Program-made: the position numbers and the translations under genes
NCBI GenBank assembly: GCA_030141605.1
Contig: JAQGDQ010000221.1
Coordinates: 62,001 to 126,000, forward strand
Length of the DNA: 64,000 nucleotides
Direction: 5' to 3'
Origin: Tubiluchus corallicola
Taxonomy: Eukaryota > Animalia > Priapulida
Notes under the pieces: model-generated
Told to the model about the DNA's origin: nothing
Databases searched by the model: none
What the model saw: only the letters and a program-made list of their open reading frames with translations
Shown here: in pieces, positions 1 to 10,806 of the stretch
Layout of the letters: each line of letters starts with the position of its first letter
How positions within the stretch are numbered: position 1 is the stretch's first letter

Positions 1-702
1 AAAGTCTGTCCACACTGCTCAGTTCAAACATCTCTAACGAGATTGAGATGTTTTGATTTATACTATTGTGGAACTTCCTCAAATGATATAAACGAGTAGA
101 AACGGCTTGTAATATGGTCAATTGAATACGGAACTTAATCTAGACCTGTATTGGTGAGACTCCCAGCAAGTTGGCAGACGGAGTCAAGCAAGCTAGACCC
201 ACGAGGAAGTTGTAGCGACCATGTCCGGTGATGAGGCGAAGAGGTGGCGATCCGTGAGGTGAGCTGCAAGCGGCTGTCGGAACTTGGTGGAATCGAATGA
301 TGGATGTTATGGTATGAATTGACAAGGCATGGAATGGAATGGAATGTTGCAGATACGTTTACAAAGTCTAGTGATGAAACCATTGTCATGGAATGGAAAT
401 AAAATGGTGACGCAGTTAATGTCAAGACTAGAACTCCGACGTGGTAAACCCGGTACCGGTATGCTTGTAGCCTCGTACACACATGTACAGTTTTGCTTAA
501 ATGATCTGTGCACAGTTTTTTTCATGCATATTATATTTGTAATTAAATAAAGCAATTGAATTTAATGCCCAGTTTGTTTAGACTAATTGAGATTGTCAAT
601 CAGTAATTTTTTTTCTAAATATTACATCACAACAGTGACGACGTTACACGTTAGGGAAATAACACAGAACCCATAACACGTGCTTTAGGAAGGACCGTCA
701 CA
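1..702 (+). mobile_element. LTR (3' part; starts before the window), inverted copy of the LTR at 3070-4164
   Basis: 1-702 is the reverse complement of ~3070-3769, with scattered substitutions and small indels; ends ...GGACCGTCACA (CA terminus); AATAAA at ~545; no TGG PBS follows, so it is a solo or 3' LTR. Confidence 0.75.
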
Positions 703-816
703 TACATCACTACACACACTTTAGTTAAAATTAAATTTTATTTCACTTCTTTTGATGTTCAATAAAATACGTCATTCACCAATCACTTTTATCTTAAAGT
801 ATTTTTCTGTAGCCTT

Positions 817-905
817 TCAACTGCTCTCGGTTGTTTCACTACTACCTTCGGATTCTCCTTGTTCAGTTATTCCACTTTCTGATTCTCCACTATCTTCACT
901 AGAGC
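817..905 (-). pseudogene. Terminal exon: short Ser/Glu/Gly-rich cytoplasmic tail
   Basis: ttttgtAG acceptor, phase 1 compatible with the TM exon donor (ACG G|GT); open to TGA at 819-817; polyA signal ~75 bp downstream. Confidence 0.6.
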
Positions 906-1197
906 CTACAAAATGATAACAACAAACATTGAAACAAACATCTAGTAGTGTCAATTGTCAATTGCATACATGTATAAGCCAACAGTTAGCTAGCTAACTA
1001 GCCAGTCAGTTAGTTAGTTGGCAATTAGGCCACTTGCTCTCCTGTTTGTTCATTTGCTAGGTAATTACGTCTAGGTAGTTAGTCTGCCCTCCGTCCTCAA
1101 ATGTGAAAATGATTCACTTTGAATAGCATATGCTCTCTTTGGAAACCAAAGTGGTAACTGGTAACCAGACAACAGCAACTAGACTATTTAAGCATAC

Positions 1198-1342
1198 CCG
1201 TGATCGCCTTCTGGCGTCTTTGTTTTTGCCATCTAAAAATTACATAAATTGCTAGCAAAGACAACACAAACAGAGCAACTGAAACTGCTGAGCCCAAAAC
1301 TGTCGAGTTGCTGATTGACTTCTTTTGGTCTTCAGCCTTCAG
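1198..1342 (-). pseudogene. Transmembrane exon of the LRR-EGF gene
   Basis: cattttcAG acceptor; VLGSAVSVALFVLSLLAIYVIF followed by basic RWQKQRRQK stop-transfer; G|gtatgc donor. Confidence 0.7.
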
Positions 1343-2293
1343 TACTGAAAATGATTGAGTCAACATTGAAATTACTTGCAGAATATTTAAGCAACTACAA
1401 CAGACACAATTTGGGATTAGCATTAAATGATTTTTAAGAATCATTTTTAATATAATTGATTTTATTTTAACAGTTGATGGAAAAATTTAGTCACACAATT
1501 TGCATGTTAAGTTGAGCAAACGTCCTTTAATTTATACGAACACGTATCGGGCCTGATTACAAATTATGGTTTTCATGATAATCGCCACAGTGTACGGTAT
1601 GGTTGCAGTTTCGTTTTAAACTCTGAGGCTTGAAAAAGCTAGATGACACTAATGGATGTCCACCATCCATTGAAAGGTATCATTATTCCTTTTCTTGTTA
1701 AGCCGTTTTACTTTATATATATTGTAATTACTGTTATGTGTATTTTTAGATTGTTTGAAGTATCTACCATTGATACCTTTAATATCATTGTGATACTTTT
1801 CTTTTTCATCAACAATAGATGGTGACAATATTTTTTATCATCCATAAAAATGTCATTGTAGTTTAGCCTAAGGTATATATTGGCCAATGTTGAACTATGA
1901 AAATACTGAAAACCGAATATTTTGGAAACAGCATTTGTCATATTCAGCATTGACCTAAACTAGTGGAGAAACAATTAGCTTATGAGTATAACTAAAATGG
2001 AAAGCCAACATCGGCATTAATTTAGATTTGTGGAGAGATGATTTAGTAGTAACTCAGATACCACACAACGCTATGTTAGTTATTGTTGTAGGACCGCTCT
2101 AGCTCATTAGCAACTATGCCAATTATTTTTCTGTGAGCTCATGCCGATGCTGATGATAGCAAATACTGTTGTGGATACATTTGTCTGTTAGTATTTGTGT
2201 AGTTCAAAGTTACAATATACACTTTTGGACGAATTATTATATCCGTGGCTATTCATGCGGTTATGAATTATCATTTCATCTTTAATTAAATTC

Positions 2294-2787
2294 CTAATAA
2301 TCTCTAACATTTGCTATACAATAATCTTTATTGCAGTCACATGTGTCGCCCTCCCATCCTTTTGTACAGTTGCACGTAAATCCATTCCTTCCATTGATGC
2401 AGGTTCCATTATGTTTGCATGGAGATGATCTGCATTCATCAATTAATTGACAATCTTCTCCGGTGTATCCATTCGCACATGTACACATATATCTATTTAC
2501 AAAATCCGAACAAGTGCCTCCATTTTGACATGGGTTAGAGGCACATTCATTGTAATTTGTTTCGCACTGGTTTCCCACATAACCTTGTATACAGTGACAA
2601 GTGTAATTATTTGTACCATGCCGACATGTGCCACCATTTTTGCAAGGATTAACAGGTAGGCATTCGTTAAGAGCAGACACACGTGTAATTGTTTACCTTG
2701 TCTACACACGTTCCGCCATGTTTGCATGGCTAGTGCAGTTGCTGGCATTCATTAATATCAGTCTCACAAGTTCTTCCAGTTAATCCT
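2294..2787 (-). pseudogene. Distal EGF repeats (4 units) of the LRR-EGF gene
   Basis: [30 protein letters not shown] and IDECRSSPCKHNGTC Notch/fibropellin-type cbEGF units; the first unit carries a TAG and a 35-bp deletion. Confidence 0.85.
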
Positions 2788-2844
2788 CACAAGTGTGAAC
2801 TGCTTTGCGAGTTACTTTTAGCAAGAAATTGCAAGCTCTCCTAA

Positions 2845-3069
2845 CAGTTGCTATCAGAGGAGTTTGAAGACTTTACGACATCTAGGCTGATAGTTCTGTC
2901 CCACCCATGTGAATTTATAGTTGCCAATGTAATAAACACATTGAACAATTACTTGTGGTATGTTAGACACACTTTTAACATAATTTCTACGTGGTCGTTA
3001 TTAATTACATGTATTTGCATATCGCTTATATTCAGCAGCCTGCACAAATGCTTGTTGTGTGATACCCTT
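2845..3069 (+). mobile_element. Half of a hAT-type MITE (family of 26496-26881 and 49296-49732), cut by the LTR
   Basis: taggctgatagttctgtcccacccat...acttgtggtatgttag...cttgttgtgtgatacc is colinear with the other copies and stops exactly at the LTR terminus. Confidence 0.7.
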
Positions 3070-4164
3070 TGTGACGGCCCTTCCCAAAGCGCGTGTTAAG
3101 GGTTCTGTGTTATTTCCCTAACGTGTAACGTCGTCACTGTTGTGATGTAATATTTAGTAGAAATTGACAATCTCTATTAGTCTAAATAAACTGGGCATTA
3201 AATTCAATTGTTTTATTTAATTACAAATACAATATGCATGAAAAAAACTGTGCACAGATCATTGAAGCAAAACTGTACAAGTATATACGAGGCATACAAG
3301 CATACCGGTACCGGGTTTACCACGTCGGAGTTCCAGTCTTGGCATTAACTGCGTCACCATTCCATTTCCATTCTATGACGATGGTTTCATCACAAGACTT
3401 TGTAAACGCATGTGCAACATTCCATTCCGTTTCATGCGTTATTGATTCATACCATACCACCCGTCATTCGATTCCACCAAGTTCCGACAGTCGCTGGCAG
3501 CTCACCTCACGGATCGCCACCTCTTCGCCTCATCACCGGACATGGTCGCTACAACTTCCTCGTGGGTCTAGCTTGCTCGATTCCGTCTGCCAACTTGCTG
3601 GGAGTCTCACCAATACAAGTCTAGATTAAGTTCCATATTCCATTGACCATATTAACATGCCGTTTCTATTCCTTTTATATCATTTGAGGAAGTTCCACAA
3701 CAGTATAAATCAAAAGATCTCAATCAATCTCGTTAGAGATGTTCGAACTGAGCAGTGTGGGCAGACTTTAGACGTGCCTGCCACACGCAACAATACGCTC
3801 AAAAACCAAGTATCAACTGCCCAGGTAGATCGAGAAATTCACTTCTCCACGAACTGTAGGAATCACCAGTGTTTATGCATTTTTAAAATAACCAATGAGA
3901 GGCAAGTATGCGTTAAACATAACTAGGTTACCTGTGCCGATTTCACAGCTGTACATATGCAAAACTAAACTGCTTCATTTCTTCACCTCACAAAGAAATA
4001 TTTCAGGTTCAAATAACCTCAGTACTACAATATCGCAACATATTAGTATTAATCTAATTGTTAAAAATAAAAATAAAACAGTGTTTATTTGGCTTGCGCA
4101 GGCATTCAAAATAAAAGATCAAGCTTGGACGTCCGATAGTGCACGAAGATAGGGCCCTATCACA
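3070..4164 (-). mobile_element. 3' LTR of the Gmr1-like retrotransposon
   Basis: On the - strand begins TGTGATAGG just after purine-rich GTGGGGGGAGCTT (PPT candidate) and ends CCGTCACA (TGTGA/TCACA inverted termini); 3070-3769 is duplicated at 1-702. The 4164 boundary is inferred from the PPT only. Confidence 0.65.
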
Positions 4165-4897
4165 AAGCTCCCCCCACAAAAGATTATGGAAGATAATCTT
4201 TAAAAAAGTACACTGTCCAGACCTGATGGAAACATAAACACAAATTAATAAACCTCGAATTTACATCAATTCGTCTCACATTACCCATGAAAGAATGATC
4301 ATTTTATACAAGATAATTGCAATTGGAAATACACATCAAGTCAAGAAAAATGTTTACACTAGATACTCCCACGAAAACAAAATTCACCTTGAACCCTGGA
4401 TAGGTCGTGGCGTAAGTAAATAGTACTATACATGAAAGTATCAATGAGAAGCCATTTACACACATGCTATAACTACAAATGATGAATGGAAATTTAATAA
4501 CGTGAATTCACAGAAGAAACTCAAGCGTTTTCCTGCATTTCCAAACAAACAAGAATCCAAGATTTGGACAGTTTTAACACGCCAATAAATAAATTTTTAC
4601 TAATTACAAGGGATAGGTATGGAAATGTTCGCGCTTTAAAGAAAACTCGGCTCGAATTTAAATAAAGAAATCAACCAAAATTGTTTTAGTAAGATTTTCT
4701 ATTTACGGGACTACTTATTGGACGTACAGTGTAAAGCTTGGCTGCATACCAAAGGAACGTAGTTTAAACTACAGTATATCAAAATGTATTGAAAGATGAC
4801 CAAAGGCTCGTGCATCAGTTAAGTGTTTAAGCTGATTTTTTTTGCATTGGCGAAATTAAGTACAAAAATACAAGTTTTTGTCGCTTTACTCAACATT

Positions 4898-6223
4898 TCA
4901 GCAGCGACTCAAAGCGTCGACAACTTTGTTGTCAACACCTCTGACATGTTCGATTTGGAATGAATATTCGGACAACTTCATTGCCCAATTACATAAGCGT
5001 CTGTTTCCTTTCCGAATCTTATTCAATGAGACGAGACTACGTTGATCAGTTCGCAAAACGAATGTTCTACCTTCAAGATAGTAACGTAATTTCTCAACTG
5101 CATACACCACACTCAACAATTCTAATTCTACTACCGAATACTTACACTCCGCTGGTGTTAGCTTACGACTAAGGTAAGTAATTGGTACTTCGCCTAGTCC
5201 GTCTTCACGGTCTTGTGAAAGTACGGCCCCTAACCCAACAAAGCTAGCGTCTGTTGTGAGTATGAACGTTTTTGAGAAATCAGGTGAGTGCAAAACTGAT
5301 TCTGAAGTGAGGGCATTACGTAGTTGCTGAAAGCTATTTTCTGCGGCTTGTGTCCATTCTACCTGCACAGGCGAATATTTTTCTGTCAAGGCATTAAGTG
5401 GTGCAGCAACGGAACCAAAGTTAGGCACAAAACGTCGGTAAAAACCAACCATGACGAGAAAACGGCGTACTTGAGTTTTTGTGACTGGCCTGGGAAAACT
5501 TTGAATTTGCTGCACTTTCTTCATTTGTGGCTTAAGACGATTTTTTCCGACCACGTAGCCAAGAAAATCTGCCTCTTTCTGGGCGAAGAAACACTTTTTA
5601 GGTTTAACTGTTAAGCCGGCTCGTCTGATGCATGCAAGTGTGCTATTAATATCCTGAAGATGACGGTCCCAATCAGAAGATTTTATCATGACGTCATCGA
5701 TGTAGCCACGAGAACAATAATATACAGACTCGAGCACTCGGTCTATCAGGGACTGGGCTGTGGCAGCTGCATTCATTAGGCCGAATGGCATCACAGTAAA
5801 TTCAAATTTACCGAAATCTGTAATAAATGCAGATAAGGGCTGGGATTCGGGTGTTAACTCAACCTGCCAGTAAGCTTTACTGAGGTCTAAAGTTGAAATC
5901 CACTCTGCTTTATGCAGATCGTCTATAATGTCGTCGGGCCTTGGCATCTGATATGGGCAAAATGATGTTCGTAGATTTAATTGGCGATAGTCCACGCAGG
6001 GGCGCCGCTGATTATGTGGTTTTGGAACCAGAAGCATGGGTGAGGAATACTCAGATTCCGATCTACGGATTACACCAAGAAAAAGCATGTCCTGTAACTC
6101 TTTCCAGATCACTTCGTTTCTGGACTGAGGAACTCGGTAAAGTTGTAGACGCACTGGGGTTTTATCAACTAGGTTTATGTGATGCTTAACCACCGAAGTT
6201 CTTCCAGGTAAGTCGGTAAACAT
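4898..6223 (-). CDS. Gypsy-type reverse transcriptase + RNase H
   Basis: RPCVDYRQLN, LDLSKAYWQV, MPFGLMNA, YIDD, FLGYVV; RNase H LTTDAS, ELELLSV, TDQRSL, NKVVDALSR. Confidence 0.93.
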   Translation of the reverse strand: MFTDLPGRTSVVKHHINLVDKTPVRLQLYRVPQSRNEVIWKELQDMLFLGVIRRSESEYSSPMLLVPKPHNQRRPCVDYRQLNLRTSFCPYQMPRPDDIIDDLHKAEWISTLDLSKAYWQVELTPESQPLSAFITDFGKFEFTVMPFGLMNAAATAQSLIDRVLESVYYCSRGYIDDVMIKSSDWDRHLQDINSTLACIRRAGLTVKPKKCFFAQKEADFLGYVVGKNRLKPQMKKVQQIQSFPRPVTKTQVRRFLVMVGFYRRFVPNFGSVAAPLNALTEKYSPVQVEWTQAAENSFQQLRNALTSESVLHSPDFSKTFILTTDASFVGLGAVLSQDREDGLGEVPITYLSRKLTPAECKYSVVELELLSVVYAVEKLRYYLEGRTFVLRTDQRSLVSLNKIRKGNRRLCNWAMKLSEYSFQIEHVRGVDNKVVDALSRC

Positions 6224-6229
6224 AGAAGG

Positions 6230-6850
6230 GAACTGGTGGAAATATTTTACGCAGCTGCTGTTTGGCTTCAGCAGATAAGTAATCAGGTAAGTCTACATCT
6301 TCTACCGTCTGAGAAACTACAGCTAAAGGTAAAAACGCATAGTCTGGGAAGCGTGGGAGTTGTACTACGCACTCACCTATTTGAATTTCACAAGTACTTT
6401 CGGCAGGTTTTCTGTACACGTACTTACTTTGTCTTCCTCCTGCCCAAACAAGCAATTATCTATAGCAAAACAAAATTCTGCATTATCATCATACAGGTTT
6501 ACCTCCAATTTACTCTGCATAGCAAATAAAACTAACTCATCATCTCGAGCTATGTATGCTTTTAACCTATTTACATGAAACATGCGTATGTCTCTTCGTT
6601 TTCCCCGCCTGCCAAGATCAACTTTATAATTCCAATTAGATAACTTGTCACTCACTGTATAGGGTCCCCCTCCAACTGGATTGCATCTTACCACTTTTGC
6701 GCATGCGTTGTACGAGTACTTTGTCGCCAACCTCAAAACCACGTTCTTTTGAAATGCGGTCATACCATTTCTTTTGACCTAATTTGGCTTCTCGCAACGC
6801 TTCATGTGCTTGCTCGGTCACCGTTTCAAAGGTACGAATTATGTTAGCTA
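6230..6850 (-). pseudogene. Frameshifted integrase C-terminus (GPY/F module) and INT-RT linker
   Basis: QKKWYDR..RGFEVGDKVLV..SWRG / GPYTVSDKLSNWNYKVD..FHVNRLKAY spread over three overlapping ORFs, implying about 4 frameshifts. Confidence 0.8.
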
Positions 6851-7934
6851 ACATATTCATCCGCGTCTTGTAAACTTTGTGGTTTACCATAACCCCAACG
6901 TTCACGTAGGACCGTCAATGGTCCACGCACAGGGTAACCGTACACGAGTTCGTTAGGAGAGTAGCCTGTTGACTCCTGAGGGACTTCGCGGTACGCATAG
7001 AGAACAAAATCAAGAGCCTCATCCCAAGGGAGGTGAGGGTTGTCTTGTTGAAGGCGCCTTATAGAGGCTTTTAGTGACTGGTTTAAACGTTCTGTTAAAC
7101 CGTTCGTAGATGGAGTATAAGCGCTGGTAAAAATACCTTTAATTCCTAATGCTTGCTCCAACTCCTTCGTGAGCTGTGAAGTGAATTGCACGCCTTTATC
7201 AGTTAGAATCTCTCGAGGTACTCCATACCTGCAGCAAAACTGTAACAAGGCATGAAGCATGGTTTTAGTTTCTAAATTAGGAAGAGCGTAGGCATCAGGG
7301 TATCTAGTAGCGTGATCAATGATCACCAGGGCATAACGATTACCTGATGGAGTTCTTGACATAGGGCCAATAAAATCCATTCCCAAAGTGCGGAAGGGCA
7401 GATCTGGAATGGGAAGTGGCTTCAACGGAGCTCTATCTCGTTGTCGAAGTCGTGAGGTTCGTTGACAGGCCAAGCACGAGCGACAGTAATGGCGGACACT
7501 TCTCTTAATCCGTGGCCAAATATACTCTTGTAACACTCTTGCTGAAGTTTTATTAATTCCCAGGTGTCCAGCAAGAGGGTTGTCATGAGCTAGGGACAAA
7601 ACTTCTTTACGACGTGGCTTTGGCAAAACCAAAAGTTCACGTGGGGAAGTTCCCCTTTTGTCATGGCTCAAATAATAGAGGGCACCATCACGCAAAAAGT
7701 ATCCTTTACCTGTCTTGCGGGCTTCCTTCTCCGTTGTGGCATTATCCAATAAATTACGTAGACTTATGTCTTCTTGTTGCTCTCTTTTTAATTCTTCTCT
7801 GCTTACGTTCAACAAAGAATCACGTTTTTGCAAAGGCGAGTCACCTACCTCTAGGCTATTGTCTTGTTCAGTAGGGCAGAATACCTGCTGCCGTAACCTC
7901 TGATCGCGTTCTTCATCAATTTTAAGCTGAGCAT
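6844..7934 (-). CDS. Gypsy integrase (zinc-binding + catalytic core), in frame with upstream EGF repeats
   Basis: [11 protein letters not shown]...CRSCLACQ (HHCC); [22 protein letters not shown] (D,D,E intact); [19 protein letters not shown]. Confidence 0.92.
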
Positions 7935-9419
7935 TATCAGTTTCACAAGTTCTTCCAGTGAATCCTGCAGTGCAGTCACACGTGTAATTGTTTACCTTGT
8001 CTACACACGTTCCGCCATGTTTGCATGGCTGGTGCAGTTGCTGGCATTCATTAATATCAGTTTCACAAGTTCTTCCAGTGAATCCTGCAGTGTATTCACA
8101 CGTGTAAATGTTTACCTTGTCTACACACGTTCTGCCATATTTGCACGGCTGCTGTAGCTGCTGGCATTCATTAATATTCACGTTGCATTTTTCACCTGTG
8201 TATCCGGGATCACACGTGCATATCACTGCTGGGTTATCAGGTGCACACGTTCCATGACCACATGAACTTGGTTTACACAACTCAACTTCACAAGTGGTTC
8301 CATTGTAGTCATCAGTACAGTTACAAGTAAAACTGTTCACACCGTCTATGCATGTCCCACCATTTTTGCATGGACTGCTTTCACACTCATCGATGTTTTG
8401 CTGACACAGCTGCCCCTCAAATCCAGATGCACAGTTACATTAAAAAGAGCCAAATGAATTTACACATGTTCCACCATTTCTACAGGGATTACCAAGCAGA
8501 CATTCGTTAATATCAGTTTCACAAGTTCTTCCAGTGAATCCTGCAGAGCAGACACACGTGTAATTGTTTACCTTGTCTACACACGTTCCGCCATGTTTGC
8601 ATGGCTGGTGCAGTTGCTGGCATTCATTAATATCAGTTCCACAAGTTCTTCCAGTGAATCCTGCAGAGCAGACACACGTGTAATTGTTTACCTTGTCTAC
8701 ACACGTTCCGCCATGTTTGCATGGCTGGTGCAGTTGCTGGCATTCATTAATATCAGTTTCACAAGTTCTTCCAGTGAATCCTGCAGAGCAGACACACGTG
8801 TAATTGTTTACCTTGTCTATACACGTTCCGCCATGTTTGCATGGCTGGTGCAGTTGCTGGCATTCATTAATATCAGTTTTACAAGTTCTTCCAGTGAATC
8901 CTGCAGAGCAGTCACACCTGAAATCGTTTATCAGGTCCACGCAAGTTGCACCATTCTTGCACGGTTGATGCAGATCTTCACATTCATTAATATTTATACT
9001 GCATTTCTCGCCTGTGTATCCGGGATCACACGTGCATATCACTGCTGGATTATCAGGTGCACACGTTCCATGACCACATGAACTTGGTTTACACAATTCA
9101 ACTTCACAAGTGGTTCCATTGTAGTCATCAGTACAGTTACAAGTAAAACTGTTCACACCGTCTATGCATGTACCACCATTTTTGCACGGATTTGACTCAC
9201 ATTCATCTATAGGTATGCAAAAGGGTACCTCATCACCCGGGGGACAAGATGTACACTTAAAATCATCTATCTGCAAATTGGAATTGTGGGTCTTTCTTTG
9301 ATTGTAATCTGGATGGTAGCAGGTATATTCAATGCTCCCGCCAGGTCTGATATATTTGTCCAGAAAAGTTGAATTAGCCACCCATCTTAGATAACAATCG
9401 CATGTTAGATGCTTGTTCT
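7935..9419 (-). pseudogene. LRR-CT + 11 EGF repeats in one exon, with one in-frame TAA
   Basis: ORFs 9381-8440 and 8340-6844 share a frame, separated by TAA 8442-8440; DINEC...C...GGTC.D.VN.YTC.C..GFTG..C consensus; three near-identical 120-bp units ~8510-8870. Confidence 0.88.
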
Positions 9420-9999
9420 CTACAAAACAAAAGTCGCAGACTTAGTACATACCCCCCAAATACAGTAAATGTATATATCACAAACTGATGGAAATCGACC
9501 TGCTCTTTTGCTGAATAATTTCGAAGGCCGTGTTTGCACAGCACTAAGCTCAGGCTGGATTAATTCACCTGCTCTAGTACTTTAGCTGGTAATTGACAAC
9601 CTGGATCTTGAGTCCCTAACATTACTCATTAAAGCTGTTTTGGACTGCTGGACTACAATTATTAAGAGCCTTTATTGAGCCTTTTTAGTTTTAACATTTA
9701 ACTCTCGAGTTAGTTCCCGTTTTCAGTTCTGCCTTTCTTTAAAAGTAAAGGTGCTTATTGCAAGAATTTCATGGTTTCAGACCTAATGTTAAATTGTAAA
9801 AGGAACTCTTCTTGTACAGGAGAATTTAACTCAAACAAAATCACCAACAATATGACAAATACAGTGGCCTGCTGGCATCTATTCAGAAAATGTGGGCACA
9901 CTTCAGGTCCACCCAAACTAGTCGTCATCAATCCATAAATCTACAACTAAGCGAAATAAACAGAATGAAATGTACCCAGACTACCTGGCAGAATTAAAG

Positions 10000-10625
10000 A
10001 AAACCACCTAGTCTCTATAATACTACGATTTTTAGCAATGACCACTTGGAAAAAACATCTAGCCTCTACAGTTCTACGATTTATAGCAATGACCACTTGA
10101 AGAAAACCATCTAGCCTCTACAACACTACGATTTATAGCAATGACATCTCGAAGAAAACCATCTAGCCTCTACAGTTCTACGATTTATAGCAATGACCAC
10201 TTGGAGAACACCAACTAGCCTCTACAGTACTACGGTTTATAGCAATGACCACTTGGAGAAAACCATCTAGCCTCTACAGTACTACGATTTATAGCAATGA
10301 CCACTTGAAGAAAACCATCTAGCCTCTACAGTTCTACGATTTATAGCAATGACCACTTGGAGAATACCATCTAACCTCTACAGTACTACGATTTATAGCA
10401 ATGACATCTTGAAGAAAACCATCTATCCGCTAGAGTACTACAATTTATAGCAATTACCACTTGGACAATACCATCTAACCTCTACAGTACTACGATTTAT
10501 AGCAATGACCACTTGAAGAAAACCATCTAGCCTCTACAGTACTGCGATTTATAGCAATGACCACTTGAACAAAACCATCTAGCCTCTACAGTACTACGAT
10601 TTTTATCAATGACCACTTGAAAAAA
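10000..10625. repeat. 52-bp minisatellite, ~12 copies, intronic
   Basis: Unit ccatctagcctctacagtactacgatttatagcaatgaccacttgaagaaaa repeated head-to-tail. Confidence 0.95.
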
Positions 10626-10806
10626 CGTGTACACATTTTCTAAATAGATGCCAGTAAGTATTGGTGATTTCATTTTATTGCAGAAACATTCCGTGTAAGG
10701 GATTGGAATAACTTTTCTGTAATCGTTCGTTTTCTTGCTATGTAACAGGGTATCACATGGATTGCCTCTACTGTCCATGAAACATGTCAAACGAATTGTT
10801 ATATAC

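Larger units (their letters stand above)
3070..7934 (-). mobile_element. 5'-truncated Ty3/Gypsy LTR retrotransposon with INT-RT-RNaseH order (Gmr1-like)
   Basis: Integrase (HHCC, DDE, GPY) lies upstream of RT (YIDD) and RNase H; pol ends ...DALSRC*; then ~730 bp 3' region, PPT and LTR; no gag or protease present. Confidence 0.85.

Noticed and set aside
135-482. 115-aa ORF also present in the other LTR copy (3234-3629)
   Set aside because: Antisense within the LTR; the two copies differ by many amino-acid changes and show no domain, so shared openness reflects recent duplication
3770-3790. GCCACA at 3785 as an alternative LTR terminus (solo LTR 3070-3785)
   Set aside because: No TSD or PPT there; 4164 gives a PPT and a perfect TGTGA/TCACA pair. 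Not fully excluded, because the left copy is cut by the window edge
8593-9081. + strand repetitive 162-aa ORF
   Set aside because: Antisense shadow of the 120-bp EGF repeats
10000-10625. CRISPR-like array
   Set aside because: Head-to-tail repeats without unique spacers, no cas genes, eukaryotic intron
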